NCBI GenBank assembly: GCA_038087875.1 | Contig: JAXLNO010000246.1 | Coordinates: forward strand, 186,001-250,000 | Direction: 5' to 3' | DNA from: Malacoraja senta | Taxonomy: Eukaryota | Length of the DNA: 64,000 nt | Part shown: piece by piece, positions 25,214 to 36,166 of the stretch | Position numbering within the stretch: the stretch's first letter is position 1 | Layout: the number at the start of each line of letters is the position of its first letter | Notes under the pieces: generated by a model | Databases searched by the model: none | Told to the model about the DNA's origin: nothing | Seen by the model: the letters and a program-made list of their open reading frames with translations, nothing else | Translations under genes and position numbers: made by a program

Positions 25214-27354
25214 GTTAGTTCATTCATTTCAATACATTTGGAGTGTGATCAATGTTCATAAAAAAACATCTCAAAGAAATTTCTCGCTGTGCCAGAGACC
25301 CAGGTTTGATCCTGACTACACGTTCTCCCTGTGAACACAGATATTTCCTCCAGGTGCTCCGGTTTCATCCCATATCTTGAAAATGTGAGAGTTTGTAGGT
25401 TAATTGGGCTCTGTAAATTACTCTTGTGTGCTGAGAATGGGTGAGGAAAGTGGGATTACATAGATGTGTAGGAAGGAACTGAAGATGCTGGTTTACAGCA
25501 AAGATAGGCACAATGTGCTGGAGTAACTCAGCGGGACAGGCAGCATCTCTGGATACAAGGAATGGATGACTTTTCAGGTCAAGACCCTTCCTCAGACAGA
25601 GTGTTTCCCCTGACTTACTCCAGCATTTTGTGTCCATTTTGGGATAACATAGAACTAGTGTGAAAGATGATCGATGGTTGGCATGGAATTGGTGGGCAGA
25701 ATGGCCCGTTTCCATGCTGAGTCACTAACCTAAGAACTGCAGATGCTGCAAATGTGAAATAAAAACCAAAAATGCCATTGTCTGATGGCTTCATTGTCAG
25801 TTTATCACCATGGAAACCTGTCATTACCTTATCAGTGATACTCCCTATGTCCAACCATGCCTCCCACTCCTGTCTGTAACTTACACATTCTCACAATTCT
25901 GAAGCATTAATTTTGTTTCTCTTTCCATAGGTTCTGTTGAACTTGCTGTGCTTCCAGCATTTTACAAATCATTGAAATGTTGGTGGCTTTTTGAATGGTT
26001 AAAATCCCTTGTGTACCTCACCAATTGTTTTTACTTTTATTGACAAATTTTGAAAGAAAAGTTGTGTGAAATATTTAAAGGATAACCTAAATGTCATTGT
26101 GGTTCAGCCGTAGTGATGGTGCCGTAGTGCCAGAGACCCAGGGTTGATCCTGGCCTCAGGTGCTGTCTGTACATAGTTTGTACGTACTCCCCGTGACCTG
26201 CGTGGGATTTCCCCGGATGCTCCAGTTTCCTCCCACGCTCCAAGCCTCTATGCCAAAGTGGATCACTGGTCACTGTGGACTCTAAGGGCTGTTTTCGTGC
26301 TATATCTCTAAATTATCTTGGGCACCAATTGTAAAGTAAGCTGTCCAAATCCATCTGCACCACACTTGTATATCCATATAATTTGCAATTGGACATGTTT
26401 TGTATTGTAAATCAATAAGTCCTATCACCATTACTGTGTTAATTCAATGACATTCGTAGTGTACCATTGAACAAAGCAGGACCAGGCGTGGGGGAACCAT
26501 GGTGAGGTGGGTGGGGGGGGGGGGACAAAGGAGGACCTGGTGTGGGAGACTTTATAACTTTGTCGGTGCCCTTTATGTGAAGAATCTTGACATACGTTGG
26601 GTTTACAAAACAAAGAATTTCACTGACTTGTCACATGTCACAATAAAGTATCATTCATTCATGATTAATTATTTCTGAAAACATTGCTTTTTGTTACCTC
26701 TTCGGTTACACATTAAACAAATTATATTATTAATCTTTAACTGGACTAAAACAGGGTGAGGGTACAAACAGGGAACAATACATCAAAATATTATGCACTG
26801 GGCATAATTTCTATCAATTTTCCACATCTTGCAATATTTATTATTATTTTCAAATTATATGTGAATACATGTGAATGACGTTTATTACATTATCATCTGA
26901 TTCATTGAACCATGTTTATTGAATCATATTGCCTTCAAAAATATGTTTTATATTTGCATTATTTATGGTGCGCTTATTATCTGCAACATTGTTATGTTTA
27001 TGAGATTTATGAGCATATTGTCGGGGCTCAAGGGTGTGAACAAGAGGGAGAGATTGGGCAAGCCAGGGCTTTATTCCATGGAGCACAGGAGGCTGAGGGG
27101 TGATCATATAGTGGTGCTTAAAATCATGAGGGGAATTGATAGACTGTATGCCCAGAGCCTTTTACCCAGAGAAGGGGAATAAAATAACCAGAGGACATGG
27201 GTTTAATGTGAGAGGGGGAAGATTTAATTGGAACTTGGGGGCGATCTTTGTGCTCAGAGAGTGGTCAGCATATGGAATGACCTGCCAGAGAATGGAGTTG
27301 CGGCAGGTACAATAACAATATTTAAAAGACACATGGACAGGGACATGCATAGGT

Positions 27355-27830
27355 AGATAAAAGTGCTGGAGAAACTCAGCGGGTGAGGCAGCATCTATGG
27401 AGCGAAGGAAATAGGCAACGTTTCGGGCCGAAAACCCTTCTTCAGACTGATGTGAGGGTGGGTGGGAGGGGGGGGGTGGGGCGCAGGAAGAAGAAAGGAA
27501 AAGGTGGAGCCAGTGGGCTGAGGGAGAGCTGAGTAGGGGAGGAGAAAGTAAGGACTACCTGAAATTAAAGAAGTCAATGTTCATACCGTTGGGGTGCAAA
27601 CTGCCCAAGCGAAATATGAGGTGCTGCTCCTCCAATTTACGGTGGTCCTCACTCTGGCCATGGAGGTGGCCGAGGGCAGAAAGGTCGGATTTGGAATGGG
27701 AGGGGGGAGTTGAAGTCCTGATCCACCGGGAGATCAGGTTGGTTGTTGCGAACCGAGCGGAGGCGTTCGGCGAAACGATCGCCAAGCCTGCGCTTGGTCT
27801 CACCGATGTAGAGCAGCTGACATCTAGAGA
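27355..27830 (-). mobile_element. Penelope-like element 3' end (GIY-YIG C-terminus and terminal repeat)
   Basis: SHSKSDLSALGHLHGQSEDHRKLEEQHLIFRLGSLHPNGMNIDFFNFR followed by the terminal repeat. Confidence 0.85.
27414..27450 (-). ncRNA. Minimal type-I hammerhead ribozyme-like motif in the Penelope terminal repeat
   Basis: Minus strand reads TCAGT-CTGAAGA-A-GGGT(TTTCG)GCCC-GAAAC-GTT-GCC: CUGANGA core, one extra A, stem II, GAAA, palindromic AACGTT stem III and an NUH triplet. Activity untested. Confidence 0.6.
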
Positions 27831-28674
27831 GAAACGTTTTGAATGATGTCTACCCATTGCAGGGTAAATGGGACTAGCTTAAATGGGGTATCTTGATTAG
27901 CTTGGATACGTTGGGCCAAAGGGCTTGTTTCCCTGCTGTGTGACTCTCTATGACTGCTTATAGCAAAGAGCGCTGATGCCTCACAGCTCCAGTGATCCGT
28001 GTTCAATCATCTCCAGTGCAGTCTGTGTGGAGTATAAGCATTCTCCCTGTGACAATGTTTGTTCTCCAGTTTCCTCCCACATACCAAAATGTGCTGATTT
28101 AGTAGATTAAGCCACCGCTGCAAATAGGTGGATTTGTGGCATTGATAGAAATGAGGAAGATCCGTTTTGGGGAAAATTAGTGGTGGAATGGTTTTGTTCT
28201 CTGGGCTAGAGTGGGCTCAGGAGGCTGAAAGGCCTCTTTCTCTGTCACATGGATTGATGGGCAGTTATTTATCCTTGAACTGCCTTCTTTCTCATTTTAG
28301 TCAACAGTGTAAAATTGAAGTAATTGTCTGGATTGAACTATTTAACAATTGTAGATGAAAGGAAGAGCAGAGGCTGCTTTCCTCCACACACAAAGTGCTA
28401 AGGAACTCAACGGGTCAAGTGGCATCTTTGGAGAACATGGGAAGGCAGATATTCCGCGTGAGGATCCTACTTCAGACTGAAGTTGGGTCACATTAGAACA
28501 TGCTTTGTACTCACACTCGCAGTCCAGTGTTAGTTTTCAAGGATTTTTTGTTATTCACAGCTTGTAGTTGTTACATATTCAGCAGAGAGAAGACGAGACA
28601 AACTAAAGCACATGCAAAACACAACTAAAAGACCGCAGAAAGAAGCTTGAAAAGAAGGCTCTTATCTAAACAAC

Positions 28675-31600
28675 GTACTTTCAAGAGAGAGTTAGATTTA
28701 GCTCTTAAGGCTAAAGGAATCAAGGGATATGGGGGAAAAGATTAGTTAAAACAAATGTAGGTCCCTTGCAGTCAGAAACAGTTGAATTGATCATGGGGAA
28801 CAAGGTCATGGCAGAACAATTGAATAACTACTTTGGTTCTGTCTTCACTAAGGAAGACTTAATTAACTGCCGAAAATAGCAGGGGACCGGGGCTCAAATG
28901 AAATGGAGGAACTGAGTGAAATCCAAGTTAGCCGGGAAGTGGTGTTAGGTAAATTGAATGGATTAAAGGCCGATAAATCCCCAGGGCCAGATAGGCTGCA
29001 TCCCAGAGTACTTAAGGAAGTAGCCCCAGAAATAGTGGATGCATTAGTGATAATTTTTCAAAACTCTTTAGATTCTGGAGTAGTTCCTGAGGATTGGAGG
29101 GTACCTAATGTAACCCCACTTTTTAAAAAGGGAGGGAGAGAGAAAACGGGGAATTACAGACCAGTTAGTCTAACATCGGTAGTGGGGAAACTGCTAGTCA
29201 GTTATTAAAGATGGGATAGCAGCACATTAGGAAAATGGTGAAATCATTGGACAAAGTCAGCATGGATTTATGAAAGGTAAATCATGTCTGACGAATCTTA
29301 TAAAAAATTTCGAGGATGTAACTAGTAGAGTGGATAAGGGAGAACCAGTGGATGTGTTATATCTGGACTTTCAGAAGACTTTCGACAAGGTCCCACATAA
29401 GAGATTAATATACAAACTTAAAGCACACGGTATTGGGGGTTCAGTATTGATGTGGATAGAGAACTGGCTGGCAGACAGGAAGCAAAGAGTAGGAGTAAAC
29501 GGGTTCAGAATGGCAGGCAGTGACTAGTGGGGTACCGCAAGGCTCAGTGCTGGGACCCCAGCTATTTACAATATATATTAATGATTTGGACGAGGGAATT
29601 GAATGCAACATCTCCAAGTTTGCGGATGACACGAAGCTGGGGGGCAGTGTTAGCTGTGAGGAGGGTACTAGGAGGCTGCAAGGTGACTTGGATAGCCTGG
29701 GTGAGTGGGCAAATGCATGGCAGATGCAGTATAATGTGGATAAATGTGTGGTTATCCACTTTGGTGGCAAGAACAGGAAAGTAGACTATTACCTGAATGG
29801 TGGCCAATTAGGAAAACGGGAGATGCAACGAGACCTGGGTGTCATGGTACACCAGTCATTGAAAGTAGGCATGCAGGTGCAGCAGGCAGTGAAGAAAGCG
29901 AATGGTATGTTAGCATTCATAGCAAAAGGATTTGAGGAGCAGGGAGGTTCTACTGCAGTTGTTCAGGGTCTTGGTGAGACCACACCTGGAGTATTGCCTA
30001 CTGTTTTGGTCTCCTAATCTGAGGAAGGACATTCTTGCCATAGAGGGAGTACAGAGAAGGTTCACCAGACTGATTCCTGGGATGTCAGGACTTTCATATG
30101 AAGAAAGACTGGATAGACTCGGCTTGTACTCGCTAGAATTTAGAAGATTGAGGGGGGATCTTATAGAAACTTACAAAATTCTTAAGGGGTTGGACAGGCT
30201 AGATGCAGGAACATTGTTCCCGATTTTGGGGAAGTCCAGAACAAGGGGTCACAGTTTAAGGATAAAGGGGAAATCTTTTAGGACTGAGATGAGAAAAACA
30301 TTTTTTACACAGAGAGTGGTGAATCTCTGGAATTCTCTGCCACGGAATGTAGTTGAGGCCCGTTCATTGGCTATACTTAAGAGGGAGTTAGATGTGGCCC
30401 TTGTGGCTAAAGGGATCAGGGGTTATGGAGAGAAGGCAGGTACAGGATACTGAGTTGGATGATCAGCCATGATCATATTGAATGGCAGTGCAGGCTCGAA
30501 GACTTTCAGAAGGCTTTCGACAAGGTACCACATAAGAGATTAGGATACAAACTTAAATCACACGGTATTGGGGGTTCAGTATTGATGTGGATAGAGAACT
30601 GGCTGGCAAACAGGAAGCAAAGAGTAGGAGTAAACGGGTCCTTTTCACAATGGCAGGCAGTGACTAGTGGGGTACCGCAAGGCTCAGTGCTGGGACCCCA
30701 GCTATTTACAATTTATATTAATGATCTGGACGAGGGAATTGAAAGCAACATCTCCAAGTTTGCGGATGACACTAAGCTGGGGGGCAGTGTTAGCTGTGAG
30801 GAGGATGCTAGGAGATTGCAAGGTGACTTGGATAGGCTGGGTGAGTGGGCAAATGTTTGGCAGATGCAGTATAATGTGGATAAATGTGAGGTTATCCACT
30901 TTGGTAGCAAAAACGGGAAGGCAGACTATTATCTAAATGGTGGCCGATTAGGAAATGGGGAGATGCAGCGAGACCTGGGTGTCATGGTACACCAGTCATT
31001 GAAAGTAGGCATGCAGGTGCAGCAGGCAGTGAAGAAAGCGAATGGTATGTTGGCCTTCATAGCAAGAGGATTTGAGTATAGGAGCAGGGAGGTTCTACTG
31101 CAGTTGTACAGGGTCTTGGTGAGACCACACCTGGAGTATTGCGTACAGTTTTGGTCTCCAAATCTGAGGAAGGACATTATAGCCATAGAGGGAGTGCAGA
31201 GAATGTTCACCAGACTGATTCCTGGGATGTCAGGACTTTCATATGAAGAAAGACTGGATAGACTTGGCTTATACTCGCTAGAATTTAGGAGATTGAGAGG
31301 GGATCTTATAGAAACGTACAAAATTCTTATGGGGTTGGAAAGGCTAGATGCAGGAAGATTGTTCCCGATGTTGGGGAAGTCCAGGACAAGGGGTCACAGC
31401 TTAAGGATAAGGGGGAAATCCTTTAAGACCGAGATGAGGAAAAACTTTTTCACACAGAGAGTGGTGAATCTCTGTAACTCTCTGCCACAGAGGGTAGTTG
31501 AGGCCAGTTCATTGGCTATATTTAAGAGGGAATTAGATGTGGCCCTTGTGGCTAAAGGGATCAGGGGGTATGGAGAGAAGGCAGGTACGGGATACTGAGT

Positions 31601-31740
31601 TGGATGATCAGCCATGATCGTATTGAATGGCGGTGCAGGCTCGAAGGGCCGAATGGCCTACTCCTGCACCTATTTTCTATGTATCTATGAAGGGCCGAAT
31701 GGCCTTCTCCTGCAACTATATTCTGTGTTTCTATGTTTCT
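28675..31740 (+). mobile_element. CR1 LINE (outer copy, frameshifted ORF2 RT), with 3' UTR split by a second CR1
   Basis: ORF pieces KADKSPGPD..YRPVSL, GKSCLTNL, SGVPQGSVLGP..FADDTK and RPHLEYC. The 3' UTR resumes at 31689 (GAAGGGCCGAATGG). Confidence 0.9.
30501..31688 (+). mobile_element. CR1 LINE (inner 5'-truncated copy, uninterrupted RT C-terminal ORF)
   Basis: Open frame from DFQKAFDKVPH to the stop at 31598, then a complete 3' UTR. Flanked by GAA on both sides. Confidence 0.9.
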
Positions 31741-32337
31741 AAAAGCAGGAATGGGTTACTGATTCTAGATGCAGGCATGATCATATTGAATGGCGGTGCT
31801 GGCTCAAATGGCCGAATGGCCTATTCCTGTGCCTATTTTTCTATGTTTCTATAATTAGTATACATTCGGCTAATTGTGGTGTTTCTTGAAAACACGAAAA
31901 CGAGAGAATGTAAAGGATCTGCAGAACAACTAAAAGACTGCAGAAAGCAGCTTGAAAAGGAGGCTCTTCATCTATACAACATAAGTATGTTTTATTCAGC
32001 TATCATTGTTTGTAGAGTTTCTTATTGGAATGAAAACATCATCCAAGTTTTGACCCTTCCTTGTTACTCCTGGTCCCAGGGGAATGGTTGGCATTAGCTC
32101 ATTACCTTCATCCTAATAAAGGGTTGTTGTTCACAGTTGTGCCTAGGTTTTTATCAGTTATAACCTTGAGTTCACAAACTGTTCTTTGTCTGGGCTAAAG
32201 TTCACAGACTCTCCTTTTCAAGGAGTGAGCAGTTTTAAGCAAACTGACTTCAGCAAATCCTTACAAATTCCATCACCCCCCCCCTCCCCCACTTTGATTC
32301 ATCAATCAATGCCAGAGGGAATGAATCATCTAAGTAA

Positions 32338-33017
32338 AGGGGCCTGTCCCACTTACGTGTCCTTGGCACGCAAATTACGCGTTGAGCCGCGATGGTCCGG
32401 CGAAGGTCGGGGGCGATTACATGCGTACGCACAGCCGTCTGGAGCGTGTGACGTCATTTGAAGATGGATACGAAGCTGGAGTAACTCAGCAGGATCGGCA
32501 GCATCTCTGGAGAGAAGGAATGGATGATGTTTCATGTCGAGACTCTTCTTCAGTCTGAAAAGAAGGGTCTTGACCCGAAACATCACCCATTGCTTCTCTC
32601 CAGAGATGCTGCCGGTCCCGCTGAGTTACTCCTGCATTTTGTGTCTATCTTCAATTTTCTTGGCCCCGCTCTGGGAGTAGAAGTGGGGGCGGATCTGGAC
32701 CGCAACGGCCGTGAGCCCCAGGCCGAGTTCGGCGATCGTTTGCCTGCTCCTGCTGCTGTTGAAAGTGAGACTTTGCGTCGCGCCAGGGTCTTGGGCCTGT
32801 CCCACTTTGGCCGTCAGTTCGCGACAGGCCTTGGCGCGCGAAGATTTCGTTCACTACAAAATTATCGGAGCCCCGCGCAATGTCGCGCACAACTACATAC
32901 CCCTCCGCGCTTCCAAGTGGGACCGGCCCCGCACGGCCATATGATGCCCGTGCGCCTCAACGCGACCACGAGGTCACATAATTTGTGTGCCAAGGACACG
33001 TAAGTGGGACAGGCCCT
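32338..33017. mobile_element. PIF/Harbinger-type non-autonomous element (MITE)
   Basis: About 40-bp TIRs AGGG(G)CCTGTCCCACTTACGTGTCCTTGGCAC..; TAA on both flanks (32335-32337 and 33018-33020); internal partial copies of the TIR motif. Confidence 0.8.
32475..32650. repeat. Palindromic Penelope-tail element within the MITE
   Basis: Arms are symmetric about TTCAGTCTGAA (about 32554), with a hammerhead-like core on each strand. Confidence 0.8.
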
Positions 33018-34039
33018 TAAAAATACCAAGGAAGGGTAGCGCAGCTACACATCACTGGATATCTTTAACCTGTTCAATCACTGGATATCTTTAACCTGTT
33101 CAATGCCACCGCCGAGTACACTAGGGGTCATGGCCAATAGTGAAAAATAAAATTGGCAGTGAACAGCTTAATGGTCTCCATATTTTAGAGAAAGCCTTCA
33201 ATGCCCATGAGGGGTGAGCCTTATTATATCTATGTTTCTCTAAATATAGGAAGCACTTTTGTGGTAAAAGATGGGACAGCTCGGGCCTCGAAAAGATCCA
33301 ACCTTATGTGCAGCTTTACATTTGTTTATATGCAATAAGCAAAAAGAACACAATAGAAGATAAAACATGATAATAACTATAAGCAAAGCCAAGAGATCGT
33401 GGCCTTACACGAGTTGCTGCCTTGCAGCACCAGAGACCCGGGTTTGAACCTGACTACGAGTGGTGACTGTACGGAGTTTGCATGTTCTCCCCGTAACCTG
33501 TGTGGCTTTTCTCTGAGATGTAGGTAAATTGGCTTGGTATAATTGTAAATTGTCCCTAGTGTGGGCTGAAGGGCCTGTTTCAGCACTGTATCTCCAAAGC
33601 AGTGGTTCTTAACCTGGGGGTCGTGACCCCCATGGGGGTCGTTTGGGGGTTTCCGGGGGTCATGAAGGGGTTGTAAAGAACATCAATTTGTTGAGCCCAT
33701 TTTAGGAACCTAACAAAGGTACATACCACACATAGTATTTTGTTCACGTATGCGCTTACGTATACATAGGGCCTATGAGAGGGGGGTGCAGGGGGTACAT
33801 CGTACCTGGGCCCAGAGTCCAATAGGAGCCCGGGAGCTGAAGGAGGGGGGGCGGGAATTTCGTGAAATGTCAGAAAATGTTTACATATATTTTGTGAAGA
33901 CTAGCATTCACATTTTGTGCCTTCAGAATTTTATATATCGTAATTCGTAGAAATTGTGATCCATAATAAAGCAGGGAATTTTAACTGGCGGGTGTGTGGT
34001 CGGGGTAACCTTATTAAAAGAGAGGGAAGGGGAAGAACC

Positions 34040-34475
34040 ATCACTACTGATGGGTCTTCCCTGTAGGAGGAGGGAGAGCACTAGGACCCAGCAGAGTCAT
34101 CACTACTGATGGATCTTCCCTGTGGGAAAAGATGGGGGGAGAGCACTAGGACCCAGCAGAGTCATCACTACTGATGGATCTTCCCTGTAGGAGAGGAGGG
34201 GGGAGAGCACTAGGACCCAGCAGAGTCATCACTACTGATGGATCTTCCCTGTGGGAAAAGATGGGGGGAGAGCACTAGGACCCAGCAGAGTCATCACTAC
34301 TGATGGATCTTCCCTGTGGGACAAGGAGGGGGGAGAGCACTAGGACCCAGCAGAGTCATCACTACTGATGGATCTTCCCTGTAGGAGAAGGAGGGGGGAG
34401 AGCACTAGGACCCAACAGAGTCATCACTACTGATGGGTCTTCCCTGTAGGAGGGGGGGAGCACTAGGAGCCAGCA
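34040..34475. repeat. Minisatellite, 7 units of 59-65 bp
   Basis: Unit ATCACTACTGATGGATCTTCCCTGT..GGGGGGAGAGCACTAGGACCCAGCAGAGTC starts at 34040, 34099, 34164, 34228, 34293, 34358 and 34423. Confidence 0.95.
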
Positions 34476-34734
34476 ATCAGACCACGTGTTGTCTGCATGG
34501 TTTAGGTTGTGGGCCTGGTGCTATGCCGGGAACTCTGGTGAGGTGACGGCTCTGGCCCGCTGGTACAGAGGCGAGGGTCGGCAGAGTCGCTGGCGGAGGC
34601 CCGTGGGGAGCTGGAGTAGAGATATGGGCAGCAGCATCATTGGCTTTCTGAAGACAGTGGCCCCGTCTGGGGAAGTGGTGAGAGTCAGCAGCCGCGGCTG
34701 TTTCAGTGGCCCGGGCCTGGGTTTGGGTCAGTGT

Positions 34735-34850
34735 GTGGATGGGTGGGTGTGAGTGAGTGGGTGAGGGTGTGTGTGTGTGTGTGGATGTGTGTGGGTGTAT
34801 GTGAGTAGGTGAGTGAGTGTGTGTCTGAGTGTATGTGTGTGTTAGTGGGA
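34735..34850. repeat. Imperfect (GT)n/(GAGT)n microsatellite
   Basis: Visible GT-rich low-complexity run. Confidence 0.85.
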
Positions 34851-36166
34851 GGGTGAATTTTATAAATGAAGTTAAAACCATTAGATCTGTTGAACTTGTT
34901 AACAGACTATTGACTTGGTAACCTGTTTCCAAATGTTTGTGTTAGCTTCAGAATACTATTAACAATTCCAGCAACAGTAGCTTCTGCAGAGAGGTCATTT
35001 AGCAAACTCAAGCTGATTAAGAATTATTTAAGGTCGACAATGTCTCATGAACGTCTTGTGGATTTGGCCAGGCTAAGTATTCAAAGTCAAAGTCAGTTTT
35101 ATCCATCACATACACCCGAAGGTGCAGTGAAGTGAATTTGCCAGCAGTGATACACGTAAAAAGAACACGCAATACACAATAAAATTGAACACAAACATCC
35201 ACTACAGCATTCTTCACTGTGTGGAAGGCAACATGTTTCAGCAAGTCCTCCTCCTTTGTTCACCCGTGTTCGGGGCCAAAACCGCTCCGTAGTAGCCGCT
35301 GGGGACGGCCCGATATACAAGGCCCTCTCGTCGGGATGATCCAAACTCCGACGTTGGGACGGACAAACACACTCTGCGGCTTGGAGGTCCCAACTCGGCA
35401 TTTTCCTACTGGAGACCGCAGCTTCCGGATGTGAGCCAGCGGTTCGAGCTCGTCTCTGGTGATCCCCGGCGAGGGATCCCAGGATCCGGATGGTAAGTCC
35501 ACGCCACGCCCGCGGTTAGAAGCTCCGCAGACCACAGCTCCACGGTGTCAACGTATTGAATCAATAGTATTGAATCATACATTGCCAGAACAATACATTT
35601 TTATGCTGTGATTTGACATTTTTCACAAAAAAAGGCCAGGAAAGCACTTTATATAAAGTAAATTTATATAATAAATCTTTTACTTTTTACTAATAATTAT
35701 GTCTTTTGATGATATGAACTGCATTGAAACTTAAAAGGATGTTTCAATGTGAATTCTTTCTCCTTATCTGTATTGTAGCATAAACAAAGATGTTCAAAAC
35801 AAAGGTAGATTAAATGCTGGAGAAACTCAATGGGTGAGGCAGCATCTATAGAGTGAAGGAAAACAAATGTGCTTGCTGATCCTTTTATGTTATTTATATT
35901 TATTTATATTTATCATGGAGGGTGTATAGGGACATAAGGCCTCAAATGCAGAAAATCAACAGAGCGCCCCATCCCACCCCTCTCTCATCTTCCATACCCC
36001 TTTTTGCCATGCAGGCTACAGCTCATGGCATAAAACTGTAGCATAGTGGATAAAAACAGGATGACTAATGGAGAAGGGAAGGGGGCCCAAAAGATACTTT
36101 GTACCCACTGATAAAATTCCTCTGAGGCCCTGCGTATACACGCACAAACAGTGTGTGTTGTGAACC

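Larger units (their letters stand above)
33767..36132. mobile_element. Second, non-autonomous hAT element nested in the Buster element
   Basis: Perfect 8-bp TSD CGTATACA (33759-33766 and 36133-36140); imperfect TIRs TAGGGCCT.. / ..AGGCCCTG; internal hAT dimerization-domain relic FPNVCVSFRILLTIPATVASAERSFSKLKLIKNYLRSTM (about 34925-35085, +). Confidence 0.82.

Noticed and set aside
30459-31598. 379-aa ORF as a host gene
   Set aside because: It is the CR1 RT C-terminus; its first residues come from the outer CR1 3' UTR.
32711-32944. Signal-peptide-like ORF (MSPRPSSAIVCLLLLLLK...) as an alternative MHC leader
   Set aside because: It lies inside the Harbinger MITE, downstream of alpha1, and has no phase-1 donor after the hydrophobic stretch.
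33051-33102. Exact 26-bp tandem duplication
   Set aside because: Simple slippage duplication with no further structure.
34040-34475. Regular repeats resembling a CRISPR array or retrozyme tandem
   Set aside because: Eukaryotic context, no unique spacers and no cas genes. Units contain CTGATGG, not CUGANGA, and lack a GAAA core.
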